A stretch of DNA of 64,000 nt, from contig JAFGSG010000052.1 of assembly GCA_016934735.1 (NCBI GenBank), positions 4,424 through 68,423 on the forward strand, written 5' to 3'. The notes below the pieces were generated by a model. That model worked only from the letters and a program-made list of their open reading frames with translations. It ran no database searches and was not told the DNA's origin. This stretch comes from Spirochaetota bacterium. GTDB taxonomy: Bacteria > Spirochaetota > UBA4802 > JAFGDQ01. The position numbers and the translations under genes were made by a program. Positions 10,223 to 20,212 of the stretch are shown one piece after another. Positions within the stretch are counted from its first letter, which is position 1, and the number at the start of each line of letters is the position of its first letter.

Positions 10223-10980
10223 TATTTGCCCTCCAGACCGGCTATCCATATCTTCACTACCTTTCTTTCCGGGGCATTCGGCCTTAACCTTAGATAGGTT
10301 CTGTAATTTTCAATTGCCTTATGTTTGTCTTTCATTCTTAGATCATATATAATCCCAAGATTTTTATAAGCCTTTGCAAAATCCGGCTGAAGTTCTATTA
10401 CTTTATTAAGGGATTCTATTGCGTCTTTGTTCCTGCCCATCATTGAATACACAACGCTAATGTTGTTGTAGGCCTGATAATGTTTATCGTCAAATTTTAC
10501 AGCCAGATTGTATTCCGCGATCGCCTGTGCCGGTTTCCCAATTTTATAGTACAGATTTCCTAGCTCAAAATGCGCGGCTGGAAGCCTGCTGTCCAGCCGG
10601 ATTGCGGTTAAGAGTTCATTTTCAGATTCTTCGTATCTTGACATTCTTAGATACGCCAAACCTTTGATATAATGTGATTGTGCGAGATTGGGCTGATATT
10701 TAATCGCTGCGTTCACGCTTTTTAAAGCTCCGCTGATATTGCCTTTTTCCACTTCGTATAGTGATATATTCTCATGTATGCTGGCGCGTTCAAAATCATC
10801 CTTGGCATCCTTGAGAGAATCCTCTAGTTTTCTTATCTCCCTATTGATATTCGCTTCACCTGCGGCTTTTATGCTCTCATTAATTATTTTATTATCAATC
10901 GCATCCCTGTCCCTGCTTTTCCCGCAATATGACATCAGCAATACACAAATCAATACAATAGGAATGGAATTTTTATTCAT
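10222..10980 (-). CDS. TPR-repeat lipoprotein
   Basis: LLMSYC lipobox-like site; tandem TPRs (AHFELGNLY, AYNNISVVY, AYKNLGIIY). Confidence 0.85.
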   Translation of the reverse strand: MNKNSIPIVLICVLLMSYCGKSRDRDAIDNKIINESIKAAGEANINREIRKLEDSLKDAKDDFERASIHENISLYEVEKGNISGALKSVNAAIKYQPNLAQSHYIKGLAYLRMSRYEESENELLTAIRLDSRLPAAHFELGNLYYKIGKPAQAIAEYNLAVKFDDKHYQAYNNISVVYSMMGRNKDAIESLNKVIELQPDFAKAYKNLGIIYDLRMKDKHKAIENYRTYLRLRPNAPERKVVKIWIAGLEGK

Positions 10981-11100
10981 TACTGTTCGTCCCATATAAA
11001 TGAAGTTGATGCAGAATATCACGCCAATGGCGAATGTCAATATAATTTCCCGCTTACTAATCTATACCGATAAACAAATCAGTTACTTTAAGATATTTAA

Positions 11101-11300
11101 AAGCCATCTCAAAAATATGATTTTGGATAAATAGCTGACTTTAAATTGAAAAACATTACAAAATTTTCTGCGGAATCAAACCTTCCTGGTTAGTTTTTTA
11201 TGCTTTTGAGAGCTTTTGCATCAGGTCTGAAAGGCGTCCTCAAAAATTTTGTAATGTTTTTCAATTTATTTAAAGACAAAAATTATTTTTGAGATCACTT
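11101..11300. mobile_element. MITE-like non-autonomous element with nested inverted repeats
   Basis: 17-bp terminal IRs AAGCCATCTCAAAAATA / TATTTTTGAGATCACTT (2 mismatches) plus a perfect 25-bp internal IR AAATTGAAAAACATTACAAAATTTT / AAAATTTTGTAATGTTTTTCAATTT; no ORF. Confidence 0.55.
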
Positions 11301-11426
11301 GTAGTATTAAATTATTATTTAATTCAGGGCGTGGATGCTACAGTGTCAGGTATAAAAAGCAGACAAATTAAAACAGGTTAATAGCCATAACCGATTGTAT
11401 AAAAAGAAACACTTACACTGAGTAGC

Positions 11427-12830
11427 TTACTCTATTATGACAACATTTCCAAACTTACTCAGGCTTTTTTCCAGTTCTTTTCTTCCGATGATAAGCTTTA
11501 TAAGTCCTTTGCCGAAAAGTTCTCCTGAACTTTTTTGTATTTCATTTTTAGAAACGCTGTTCATGCCTTTCACATAATTAAAAAGGAATGAGTCCGGCAA
11601 TCCGTTGTAGCTTAAAAATGAATATTTTCTCAAAATGCTTGCCGGCGTGTCGAATTCAAATATATAACTGTTTTTAATCGAATCCTTGGCTAATTTTAAC
11701 TCTTCATCTTTAACATGATATTTTGACATGTTCTCTATGTTTTCCAGCATCAGCGATAAAGCCGTGTCCGCTGTTTCGCTCCTGGTCTGTGCATAGGCCA
11801 GAAAGACACCGGTGTGTTTTCTGAATCTTACAACAGACTGGACAGCATATGCCAGGCCTCTCTTTACCCTTATTTCATGCATCAGCCTGGAATTGAAACT
11901 GCTCCCGCCTAAAATATCATTCATTAATGAAAGCGCGTAAAAATCTGGATCTTTAATACCAGGGGCTGCACTGCCAACAACTATCACCGCCTGCGGAATA
12001 TCCTTAGGAAGCAGATAAATATTTTTTGTTTTTTCAGCCATCGAAACTTTAAGAAAACTTATATTTGCAGTATAATTCATTACAGAGCCTTCTTTAAGCG
12101 CGTTAAATCTATTTAAATTATTTTCGACTTCATTCAAGCCAAGCGAACTTGCTGTTCCCACAATAATATTTTTAGCGGTGAAATATTTATTCAGCGTATT
12201 TTCCAAATCACTAACAGTAATTGAATTTATGCTTTTTTCAGTTGGATATGCGCCGTAGCCTGTGCCATTAAAAATAATTTCTCTTGCCTTTTCAAAAGCC
12301 AGCATATCAGGGCTGTCCTGTTTTCTCCTCAGGTCTTCCAGGATCAGTGATCTTGCGTTCTCAATTATTTTGGAGTCCAGGTTGGGGTTCAATACAATGT
12401 CTGTAAGCATTTCGAACGCGAGAGCGGAATATTTTTCCATCACTTCAATAATTATATAAGTCTCCTCAAATGAAGCCTCAACCCGAAAGCGCCCTCCAAT
12501 ACTCTCTATTGTGCTGTGCAGTTTATCTGCCGGATATTTCTTTGACCCGGCAAGTGAAAGGGTTTGAGCGAGAAAATCCGCGATTCCCGCGTTTGTATTA
12601 TCCTCATATAGTTTGCCGAAACCCGCTGAAAGTACAATTATTGTGCGCGGAAGCTCATCCTTAATATAAAATAATCTAAGGCCGTTCTTTGCTGTTAACG
12701 ACTTTATCCCTGGCAGATCAATATTATCTATTTTAACATCATTCGAGTCCGCAAAGACACTGTGATAATACGGCTCAGCCTGTGTTAAGGCAATTGTAAA
12801 AATAATACACAATATTACTAATTTTTTCAT
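11427..12830 (-). CDS. M16B peptidase family, non-catalytic subunit
   Basis: HxxEH replaced by ADFLAQ; retains SRL...IRVKRGLAY. Confidence 0.9.
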   Translation of the reverse strand: MKKLVILCIIFTIALTQAEPYYHSVFADSNDVKIDNIDLPGIKSLTAKNGLRLFYIKDELPRTIIVLSAGFGKLYEDNTNAGIADFLAQTLSLAGSKKYPADKLHSTIESIGGRFRVEASFEETYIIIEVMEKYSALAFEMLTDIVLNPNLDSKIIENARSLILEDLRRKQDSPDMLAFEKAREIIFNGTGYGAYPTEKSINSITVSDLENTLNKYFTAKNIIVGTASSLGLNEVENNLNRFNALKEGSVMNYTANISFLKVSMAEKTKNIYLLPKDIPQAVIVVGSAAPGIKDPDFYALSLMNDILGGSSFNSRLMHEIRVKRGLAYAVQSVVRFRKHTGVFLAYAQTRSETADTALSLMLENIENMSKYHVKDEELKLAKDSIKNSYIFEFDTPASILRKYSFLSYNGLPDSFLFNYVKGMNSVSKNEIQKSSGELFGKGLIKLIIGRKELEKSLSKFGNVVIIE

Positions 12831-12841
12831 AAATGCGATAT

Positions 12842-14377
12842 TTAATCCTTATTTGTTTTTCTGCTGTCTCTCAAAACCCCTACTGTTCTGTTTTCTTTTG
12901 TAAGATATTGATTTATGGTTTCCCTGATCTCCTGCATCGTTATTGTATTTAATACTTCTACATAATCTGCAGCATACCGCCAGTCACCGAAATTTGTATG
13001 ATAATAAGAAAGCATTCGCGCTATTCCCATATTGTTGTCCATTTGGAATATAAAAGAGGATTCCTTCCGGTTCAATACTTTTCTTATCTCTTCTTCAGAA
13101 AGGTCCTCGTTTATTTTTTCGATTTCCTGATATATAGCATTTTCCAATTCTTCAACAGTGACGGGGTGTTTTGGAACTGCGGCAATCATAAAAAGATTAT
13201 CATACCTTGCTCCCGGATATCCGTTCCAGGCGTCTATCGACGCTGCAAGTCCCTTCTCAATTACCAGAGATTTATAAAGCCTTGACATCTTTCCATCTGA
13301 AAGAATGCTTTCAATCATCTCAAATATATAATCGGTTCTTGACGGGAATGCGGGCTTATGCCAACCGATGAGCAGATACGGATTGGATTCAAAGAGAATA
13401 GCAAAACGTCTTTCGCCTTTCTGCTCCGGCTCTTTTATAAATATTTCGGGTATATCATTTCCTTTTGCTAGTTTGCCAAAATATCTGCTGAGCAGTTTAA
13501 ATGTTTCTCCAGTGTTCTGTTTTCCTACAACGGTAATTGTCATTCTTGATGCTGTATAATTATGCTTATAAAAAGCTCTCACGTCCTTTATCGAAAAGCG
13601 CTCAATGTTGGATTTCCACCCGATTATGGGGTGCCTGTACGGATGAGCAGCGAATGCATTAGCAGCAAATTGTTCAAACAGGCCGCCCTCGCCGCTCGAT
13701 TCGTATCTCATGAGTCTTTCCTCAAGCACGGCTTGCTTCTCAATATAGAATTCTCTGAGAACCGGATTTCTCAGCCTTTCCGATTCCAGCTTTGCCCATA
13801 ATTCAAGTTTTGAAGCCGGAAGCTCTATGTAATATACTGTCATATCTTTTGACGTTGAAGCATTAAATCCTACTCCGCCGTTTTCCGCGTATATTTTTGA
13901 ATATGGAGAACTTACAACATATTCGCGGTGTTCTTCATGAAGCTTTTTTAACTCTGCTGTTAATTTTTCTATTTCTTTATTTTCTTTACTATTTTTACTG
14001 CCGGCATTTTTTATGCTTAATTCATTCAGTCTTTCGCCTGTCTTCTCAATTCTATTAAGAATGATCTTCTCTTTTTTATAATTCTTGGTGCCGATCACAT
14101 CCGTGCCTTTAAAAAGCATATGCTCAAGCATATGCGCCACGCCGATTGTCCTGTAGCTCTCGTCAACAGATCCTACCCTGAAAGAAATCAGCAGAGCAAG
14201 CGTAGGAGTGTAACCGCGGTTAAGCATTATTACATTAATACCGTTGGGCATGCTTTTCTGAACTACATTAGCTTTCAAATTTTCGCCAGTATCTTTAAGC
14301 TGCCCAAAGGCAGGAAATATTAACAATCCAATAAATAATATTATATTAACTAATGATAGTTTAAGTAATTTCATCAT
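12842..14377 (-). CDS. M16B peptidase family, catalytic subunit
   Basis: GVAHMLEHMLFKG (HxxEH), NASTS and HPYRHPIIGW motifs. Confidence 0.95.
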   Translation of the reverse strand: MMKLLKLSLVNIILFIGLLIFPAFGQLKDTGENLKANVVQKSMPNGINVIMLNRGYTPTLALLISFRVGSVDESYRTIGVAHMLEHMLFKGTDVIGTKNYKKEKIILNRIEKTGERLNELSIKNAGSKNSKENKEIEKLTAELKKLHEEHREYVVSSPYSKIYAENGGVGFNASTSKDMTVYYIELPASKLELWAKLESERLRNPVLREFYIEKQAVLEERLMRYESSGEGGLFEQFAANAFAAHPYRHPIIGWKSNIERFSIKDVRAFYKHNYTASRMTITVVGKQNTGETFKLLSRYFGKLAKGNDIPEIFIKEPEQKGERRFAILFESNPYLLIGWHKPAFPSRTDYIFEMIESILSDGKMSRLYKSLVIEKGLAASIDAWNGYPGARYDNLFMIAAVPKHPVTVEELENAIYQEIEKINEDLSEEEIRKVLNRKESSFIFQMDNNMGIARMLSYYHTNFGDWRYAADYVEVLNTITMQEIRETINQYLTKENRTVGVLRDSRKTNKD

Positions 14378-14384
14378 TTGTTCT

Positions 14385-14753
14385 TTAATCCCGGTTCTTT
14401 TTTAAAATTTCTTCTGCGACTTTTTGTAACTTCGGAGAAAAATTCACCTGAATAGTTTCTTCCGTACTTTGTTCATTTTTTTTATCCTTATTTTTATCTT
14501 CAACTATCAATCGGTTAAGGGCATACATCATCCTTTCAAATATTTCATCGACTTTTTTCTTCACGTTTGCCTTTTGATAAAAGCCAAGCGCTGTTAATGG
14601 CTGTCTCTTTTCATAATAATAGTAATCGCCGATCCTTATAAGACCGTCCTTGTAATCCGTTTTAACAAATATTTTAAGTGCGTTGTCGATGTCTCCGTTA
14701 TTAAAAAACTCATTTCCTTTCCTGATCAGCGCGATTCTTTCCTTGTCGTCCAT
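14385..14753 (-). CDS. conserved hypothetical protein (TPR-like)
   Basis: LIRKGNEFFN...DGLIRIGDYYY; co-oriented with the M16 pair. Confidence 0.7.
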   Translation of the reverse strand: MDDKERIALIRKGNEFFNNGDIDNALKIFVKTDYKDGLIRIGDYYYYEKRQPLTALGFYQKANVKKKVDEIFERMMYALNRLIVEDKNKDKKNEQSTEETIQVNFSPKLQKVAEEILKKNRD

Positions 14754-15055
14754 AATATCATCTCAAATTATCTTAAATATTATTTCTGATATAAAATACT
14801 AATATACTTTCTTAAAAATGATTCGGCAATACAATATATGTTTTCATTTTGGAATCAAGCGTTTTATTGTGTTTTTGCTGATTGATATCTCTTCAATAAA
14901 TTATTTAGGCTTTACTTAAAAATATTAAGTTACTCATTTTGACTGATTTTAAAATGGAATATAGGCAGATAAGGATATATGCTTTCAGCAGAATGAATAC
15001 TGCTGATGAATTAAAAAGGGCTGAATTTTAAGACAAGGTCAATTTAACAGTGATA

Positions 15056-15883
15056 TCATCTGTAAAATATATCAATAAGTATGCCTATCAAAAGCAGAGG
15101 TGCAGTAAAGTTATTGATCTGCACAAATTCTGTTTTCGCGGTTTCCACATCTTTACTCCTCAGTAGGACTTCCTGCCGTATAAAAATGATTACGAGACAT
15201 ACAAGCGATATCCAGTAAGCTAATCCGCGATCTGCACTAAATCCGGCAAGAATTAATAAACATACAGAGAAGATAAATAAAATAACAGATATAAATTGAG
15301 CTCTTCCGGCGCCAAACCTGCCAATTAAATAATTACTGTTGTTTTTATTATTCCGGTTTTCATAGATAGATCCTGATATCTGAATCCCTGCTGTCCATAA
15401 AATAACAGAGGCGAATAAAACAAACGGCATCAGTTCAAACCTGTTATTCGCTGCGAAAAAACCTCCAATAGGACATATCGCTTCAAACAATCCAGTATTG
15501 AACCATAACAGAGACGTGTATCTTCTCAGCAGAGGAAAACCGATTAAAATAATTACTGAAATAATGGACGTGAAATAACAAAGTTCATTTATTAAAAAAG
15601 ATAAAAATATAAATAAAGCCGAAGAAATGACTCCATAAAAAAAAGCTGCAGACTTTTTCTTATCATTTATGAATATATCATTTATGCTGAGAATTTTATC
15701 CTTATCTTTTAATAAAAATTTGAATGATAAATGCACTATCCTGGCGCAAAAAAGCGCTAGTGTAAATAATATCCAAACTTCATAATCCACCCTGCCAGTA
15801 AAAAACAGGCCTATGTAACCAAGAGATATAATAAGAATCATTTGCTTAATGTTGATGAATTGTTTAATTATTTTCAGATCCAT
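15056..15883 (-). CDS. UbiA/MqnP-like prenyltransferase-fold membrane protein with degenerate Asp motifs
   Basis: Multi-TM; CAR, LRRYTSL, PIGGFFA, LWTAG and GRFGA landmarks of MqnP/UbiA are present, but NxxxD/DxxxD motifs are not. Confidence 0.6.
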   Translation of the reverse strand: MDLKIIKQFINIKQMILIISLGYIGLFFTGRVDYEVWILFTLALFCARIVHLSFKFLLKDKDKILSINDIFINDKKKSAAFFYGVISSALFIFLSFLINELCYFTSIISVIILIGFPLLRRYTSLLWFNTGLFEAICPIGGFFAANNRFELMPFVLFASVILWTAGIQISGSIYENRNNKNNSNYLIGRFGAGRAQFISVILFIFSVCLLILAGFSADRGLAYWISLVCLVIIFIRQEVLLRSKDVETAKTEFVQINNFTAPLLLIGILIDIFYR

Positions 15884-15886
15884 TTG

Positions 15887-15941
15887 CCCTCACCTGGCCG
15901 TCGCTATCGCTCGGCCAACCTCTCCTGCGGGCAGGAGAAGG
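15887..15941. repeat. GC-rich REP-like palindromic element
   Basis: CCCTCACC-[TGGCCG...CGGCCA]-ACCTCTCCTGC GG GCAGGAGAAGG; related in architecture to 290-345. Confidence 0.5.
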
Positions 15942-15985
15942 TATTTAGCAATTATTTATCCAATATTTTTTCATATTTTAAATAC

Positions 15986-17200
15986 TTACTGCGACATGCC
16001 TGCCAGAGCGCCCGTGCTCCAGGCAAACTGTAAATTATATCCACCGCTGTCCCCGTCGATGTCAAGCAGTTCTCCAGTTATGTACAGTTTTTCTATTATC
16101 CTCGATTCCATAGTCGCAGGGTTTATTTCATCTACATCAATTCCGCCCGCAGCCACCACTGCTTCTTTAAATGCCCTTGGATTTCCGGGTGTGAGTTTCA
16201 AATATTTAAAAATTTTGATAATAGCCTTTTCTTCATTGTCTGATAATTTTTTTACTTTTTTATAAGGATCAATCCCTGCGATTTGAAACAGCACTTCCGG
16301 GATTCGCTTTTTAATAATTCCAGCAAGGCTGAATGAAACTGCTTTATCCGGGTCTCTCCAGAGATTCTTTATTTTCTCAGTCAGCATTTGCTCTGTTAAC
16401 TCAGGAAAAAAATCAATAATTATCTCCGGTATTTTTTTTTCAAGAACATGCTGATTTACGGCGCGGGATATGTTCAGAGCAGCCGGGCCGGAAATTCCGT
16501 ATTTTGTAAAGAGAAGCTCTCCTGTTGATTCTGCAATAACTCTGCCTTTATATTCCGCACGCGCCATGCAGTTCCATTTGACCCCCTCGAGAGTATGCAG
16601 AATTTGAAGCGGGATGCCTATAGGCAGCAACGCAGGAAACGGCCCGTGTATTTTATGGCCGAGCGCTCCGGCAAGTTCATACCCTATATTTGACGCGCCA
16701 AGGCCGGCATAAGCGCAGCTTCCCGCAGCCAAAATTACCGAATCAAAAATATGCTCCTCCTTCCCGGCAGTCATAACCATAAATCTTTTCTTCGAATAAT
16801 TAATCTGCTCAATTTTTCTGTTTAATCTCAGGTCGACACCCTTCTTATGTAATTCATAATTCAGTATATCAACCACAGCCGATGCCTGCATGGAAGCGGG
16901 AAACAGTCTGCCTTCATCCTCTTCAATAAAAGGAAGCCCGATCGATTCAAAATATTTGACCACCTCCTGAAGTCCGAACCTTGAAAATACGTTTAATATA
17001 AATTTCGGATTATGCCCGTGATAATGCGATACATCAATATATTTATTTGAAATATTGCACCTGCCGTTCCCCGTGCTCAAAATTTTTCTGCCGATCTTTT
17101 TTTGCTTTTCGAACAGAACTACTTTGTTGTTTTTCCCGGCGGCAAACAGGGCTGCCATAATGCCGGATGCCCCTGCCCCGATCACAGCTATGTTTTTCAT
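15986..17200 (-). CDS. HI0933/BaiN family NAD(P)/FAD-dependent oxidoreductase
   Basis: GAGASG, KILSTGNGRCN, GELLFT and GGYNLQFAWSTG motifs. Confidence 0.95.
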   Translation of the reverse strand: MKNIAVIGAGASGIMAALFAAGKNNKVVLFEKQKKIGRKILSTGNGRCNISNKYIDVSHYHGHNPKFILNVFSRFGLQEVVKYFESIGLPFIEEDEGRLFPASMQASAVVDILNYELHKKGVDLRLNRKIEQINYSKKRFMVMTAGKEEHIFDSVILAAGSCAYAGLGASNIGYELAGALGHKIHGPFPALLPIGIPLQILHTLEGVKWNCMARAEYKGRVIAESTGELLFTKYGISGPAALNISRAVNQHVLEKKIPEIIIDFFPELTEQMLTEKIKNLWRDPDKAVSFSLAGIIKKRIPEVLFQIAGIDPYKKVKKLSDNEEKAIIKIFKYLKLTPGNPRAFKEAVVAAGGIDVDEINPATMESRIIEKLYITGELLDIDGDSGGYNLQFAWSTGALAGMSQ

Positions 17201-17442
17201 AACCTATTACCTTTATAAACAGTCTGCGCGTTTATTAAACTATTTCGATTAATTTATGTCAATTAGTTTGAAATCGGCGTTCAGTTAATTTTAAAACAGA
17301 TTTTATTTTATAGTTAACAGGCTTACATTATCATTACTTATAAAAATCTTAAATGATAATAGACTTTTTAAATAGTAATTGACAGAATTAGCATTATAAA
17401 TTTTCAACAAAAGCATGATTTATTGCCGGAGAATGTTAATTA

Positions 17443-18183
17443 ATGACTTTGTTTCTTCTTAAACTTACATCTTTTTTTCGTCTTATAGGAATTTTATTTT
17501 CAATCGCATTGGCAGCAGTTTTGTCAATACCCTCTGCAATTATTAACCGGTCCGGGTATCTGGGCCATATTTTTGCAAAAATGGGAGGCAGGCTAATCCT
17601 ATTTTTTGCCGGAGTGAAAGTGCACTGCAAGGGCATTGAAAATATTGATAAGACTAAAACTCAGGTATTTGCTATAAATCATTTAAGTTATTTTGATGTT
17701 CCGGTGATATACTCAATTTTACCAGTGCAGGTCGGATGGCTTGCAAAGAAAGACCTGTTCAGGCTTCCCTTCCTCGGATGGCTTATGAGGGCGAACAAAT
17801 TCATCCCTGTTGAGGAAGGCGAAGGCAGAAAGGTTGTTGAAAGTCTGAACTCGGCTGTTGAGAAAGTCCGCAGCGGCACAAGAATAGTAATATTTCCTGA
17901 AGGAACAAGAAGCATGAATGGAGAACTACAGCCCTTCAAAAAATTATTGTTCCGTCTTTGTGTCAAGACCGGTGTTCCTATTGTGCCGATCTATATAAAA
18001 GGCACAAACGAAGCATTAACGCGCGGGTCGTTATTGATAAGGCCGGGAAATGTTTACGCAAACATCGGCAAAGAGATTGAAACATCGCAATACCAGCCGA
18101 ATAAAGTATTGGATCTGATGGATGACTTCAAGAACAGCATTATTAAATTAAGTGAAGAATTAATTAACAATAGGAGTAAATGA
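17443..18183 (+). CDS. plsC: 1-acyl-sn-glycerol-3-phosphate acyltransferase
   Basis: NHLSYFD (HxxxxD) and FPEGTRS motifs. Confidence 0.9.
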   Translation: MTLFLLKLTSFFRLIGILFSIALAAVLSIPSAIINRSGYLGHIFAKMGGRLILFFAGVKVHCKGIENIDKTKTQVFAINHLSYFDVPVIYSILPVQVGWLAKKDLFRLPFLGWLMRANKFIPVEEGEGRKVVESLNSAVEKVRSGTRIVIFPEGTRSMNGELQPFKKLLFRLCVKTGVPIVPIYIKGTNEALTRGSLLIRPGNVYANIGKEIETSQYQPNKVLDLMDDFKNSIIKLSEELINNRSK

Positions 18184-18184
18184 A

Positions 18185-19474
18185 ATGGCAGAAAACTTAA
18201 AAAAAGCATATAAAACAATTATGGACGATCATTTTCCAGAATCCATGACAATTACATTCGGAGACCAAACCCTCAGATACAGAAAGAGGGCATGGAAAAT
18301 CGAGGAAAACGGAATGACAATAGAGAAGGGACTGCGCTACGGCGAAAATCCGGGACAGGAAGCGGCAATTTACGAGCTTGTCGAAGGGAATCTGACGCTC
18401 GGGAACTGCAGATTCATTGACGCGAAGAATTCCATAGTAAGCGGCATTGATGAAAGCATGATGCTACAGTTCGGAAAACATCCCGGCAAGATCAATTTTA
18501 CTGATATCGACAATGCATTGAATATTCTGAAATATCTTATGAACAAACCGGCTGCAGTAATTGTTAAGCACAATAATCCGAGCGGTGTTGCCTACGGATC
18601 GACAATAGCCGAAGCATACAGCAGAGCATTCAGTGCAGACAGGATCGCTGCCTTCGGTGGATGCGCAGCGCTCAACAGGGCTATCGATAAAGAAACAGCA
18701 GAACTAATGTCCGAGCTGTATCTCGAAGTTGTAGCTGCGCCGGATTATACAGGCGAAGCCCTGGATATTTTAAGAAAGAAAAAAAATCTGCGTATCGTTA
18801 AAATTGAAAGAATCGATAATCTGGAAAAATATAAAGACATGTGTTTCGTGGATTTAAAATCGCTCATGGACGGCGGCATAATAGTACAGCAGTCTCCCAT
18901 TAACACAGTTAAAAGCAAAGAAGATCTTAAACCGGCTCAAGCTGAATACAAAGGCAAGACATACAGGATCGGTAGACTGCCGGGCGATAAAGAATACGAA
19001 GACCTGCTTTTCGGCTGGTTTGTGGAGCAGGGAGTTACATCAAACTCTGTTCTTTACGTAAAGGACGGCGTCACAGTGGGTATCGGAACAGGAGAGCAGG
19101 ACAGGGTCGGAGTTGCGGAGATCGCAATCTACAAAGCTTATACCAAATACGCGGATCTTCTTTGCTGGAACAAGTTCCACATCTCTTATAAAGAGCTTGA
19201 GCTTGCTGTACAGAAAGGTGAAAGAAATAAATCGGATATTGCCGACATCGATGAGCAGACAAAAAACGCGAACGGCGGTCTTATAGGCTCGGCAATGGTC
19301 TCGGATGCCTTCTTCCCTTTCAGGGACGGTGTCGATGTCGGAATAAGACAGGGTGTTACGTCTATCGTGCAGCCTGGCGGCTCTGAGCGCGATTTTGAAT
19401 CGATAGAAGCATGCAATGAAGCAATTCCAAAAGTTGCTATGGTGTATACAGGCCAGAGGGCGTTTAAGCATTAG
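18185..19474 (+). CDS. PurH-like AICAR transformylase domain protein lacking the N-terminal IMP cyclohydrolase/MGS domain
   Basis: LRYGENPGQEAA, VKHNNPSG, SDAFFPFRDG, QPGGS and RAFKH motifs. Confidence 0.85.
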   Translation: MAENLKKAYKTIMDDHFPESMTITFGDQTLRYRKRAWKIEENGMTIEKGLRYGENPGQEAAIYELVEGNLTLGNCRFIDAKNSIVSGIDESMMLQFGKHPGKINFTDIDNALNILKYLMNKPAAVIVKHNNPSGVAYGSTIAEAYSRAFSADRIAAFGGCAALNRAIDKETAELMSELYLEVVAAPDYTGEALDILRKKKNLRIVKIERIDNLEKYKDMCFVDLKSLMDGGIIVQQSPINTVKSKEDLKPAQAEYKGKTYRIGRLPGDKEYEDLLFGWFVEQGVTSNSVLYVKDGVTVGIGTGEQDRVGVAEIAIYKAYTKYADLLCWNKFHISYKELELAVQKGERNKSDIADIDEQTKNANGGLIGSAMVSDAFFPFRDGVDVGIRQGVTSIVQPGGSERDFESIEACNEAIPKVAMVYTGQRAFKH

Positions 19475-19477
19475 AAT

Positions 19478-19894
19478 ATGGCAGTAATAACAGACTATAT
19501 ATCTCTATCAACAAAAGGCAGAAGGGATGTCATAGACATTACATCACAAATACAGGATATTATTTCAGCCGGTAAAATCAAATCCGGAATTGCAGTTGCA
19601 TTTTCCCCGGGCTCCACAGGCGCTATCACAACAATAGAGTACGAACCGGGTCTTAAAAAGGATATAGATCAGTTTCTTGAAAGACTTATTCCGTATGGCG
19701 GGAATTACCATCATCATAATACCTGGCAGGATGACAATGGAGCCGCTCATCTACAGGCTGCTATGATCGGCCCGTCTGTTTCAGTACCGATTATTGACGG
19801 CGCACTAAGTCTGGGTACATGGCAGCAGGTGGTATTTATCGACTGTGATACAAGGCCGAGAACCAGAAAAGTTATTGTACAGATTCTTTATTAA
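19478..19894 (+). CDS. yjbQ: YjbQ/UPF0047 family protein
   Basis: HHNTWQDDNGAAHL, LGTWQQ and RPRTR motifs. Confidence 0.9.
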   Translation: MAVITDYISLSTKGRRDVIDITSQIQDIISAGKIKSGIAVAFSPGSTGAITTIEYEPGLKKDIDQFLERLIPYGGNYHHHNTWQDDNGAAHLQAAMIGPSVSVPIIDGALSLGTWQQVVFIDCDTRPRTRKVIVQILY

Positions 19895-19979
19895 TAGTAT
19901 GTCATTAAATCCTGCAAAGTAATAAACAAACCTTGGAAATAACAAATCATATCATAGCATCACTGAGGTTTCAGCACAT

Positions 19980-20180
19980 TTAATTCATTTCGTGCGTCTT
20001 TACTTTGGTTCCCTGCATCTTTAGATATTCCAGAAGCACTTTTTCATCCAGATAGCACATATTTACAAGAATAGCCCCAAGAAGATCGCCGTCCTTTTTT
20101 TGAATTTTCAACGCCTCGTCAAGCTGGCCATGAGTAATTTCCCCACCTTCAATCAATAGTTCTCCCAACAATTTTTTCAT
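19980..20180 (-). CDS. stand-alone MshEN-like domain protein
   Basis: LGELLIEGGEITHGQLDEALKIQ...LLGAILVNMCYL tandem motif. Confidence 0.7.
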   Translation of the reverse strand: MKKLLGELLIEGGEITHGQLDEALKIQKKDGDLLGAILVNMCYLDEKVLLEYLKMQGTKVKTHEMN

Positions 20181-20212
20181 CAGGAATCTCCGTTGAATAT
20201 TTATTAAAGTGA

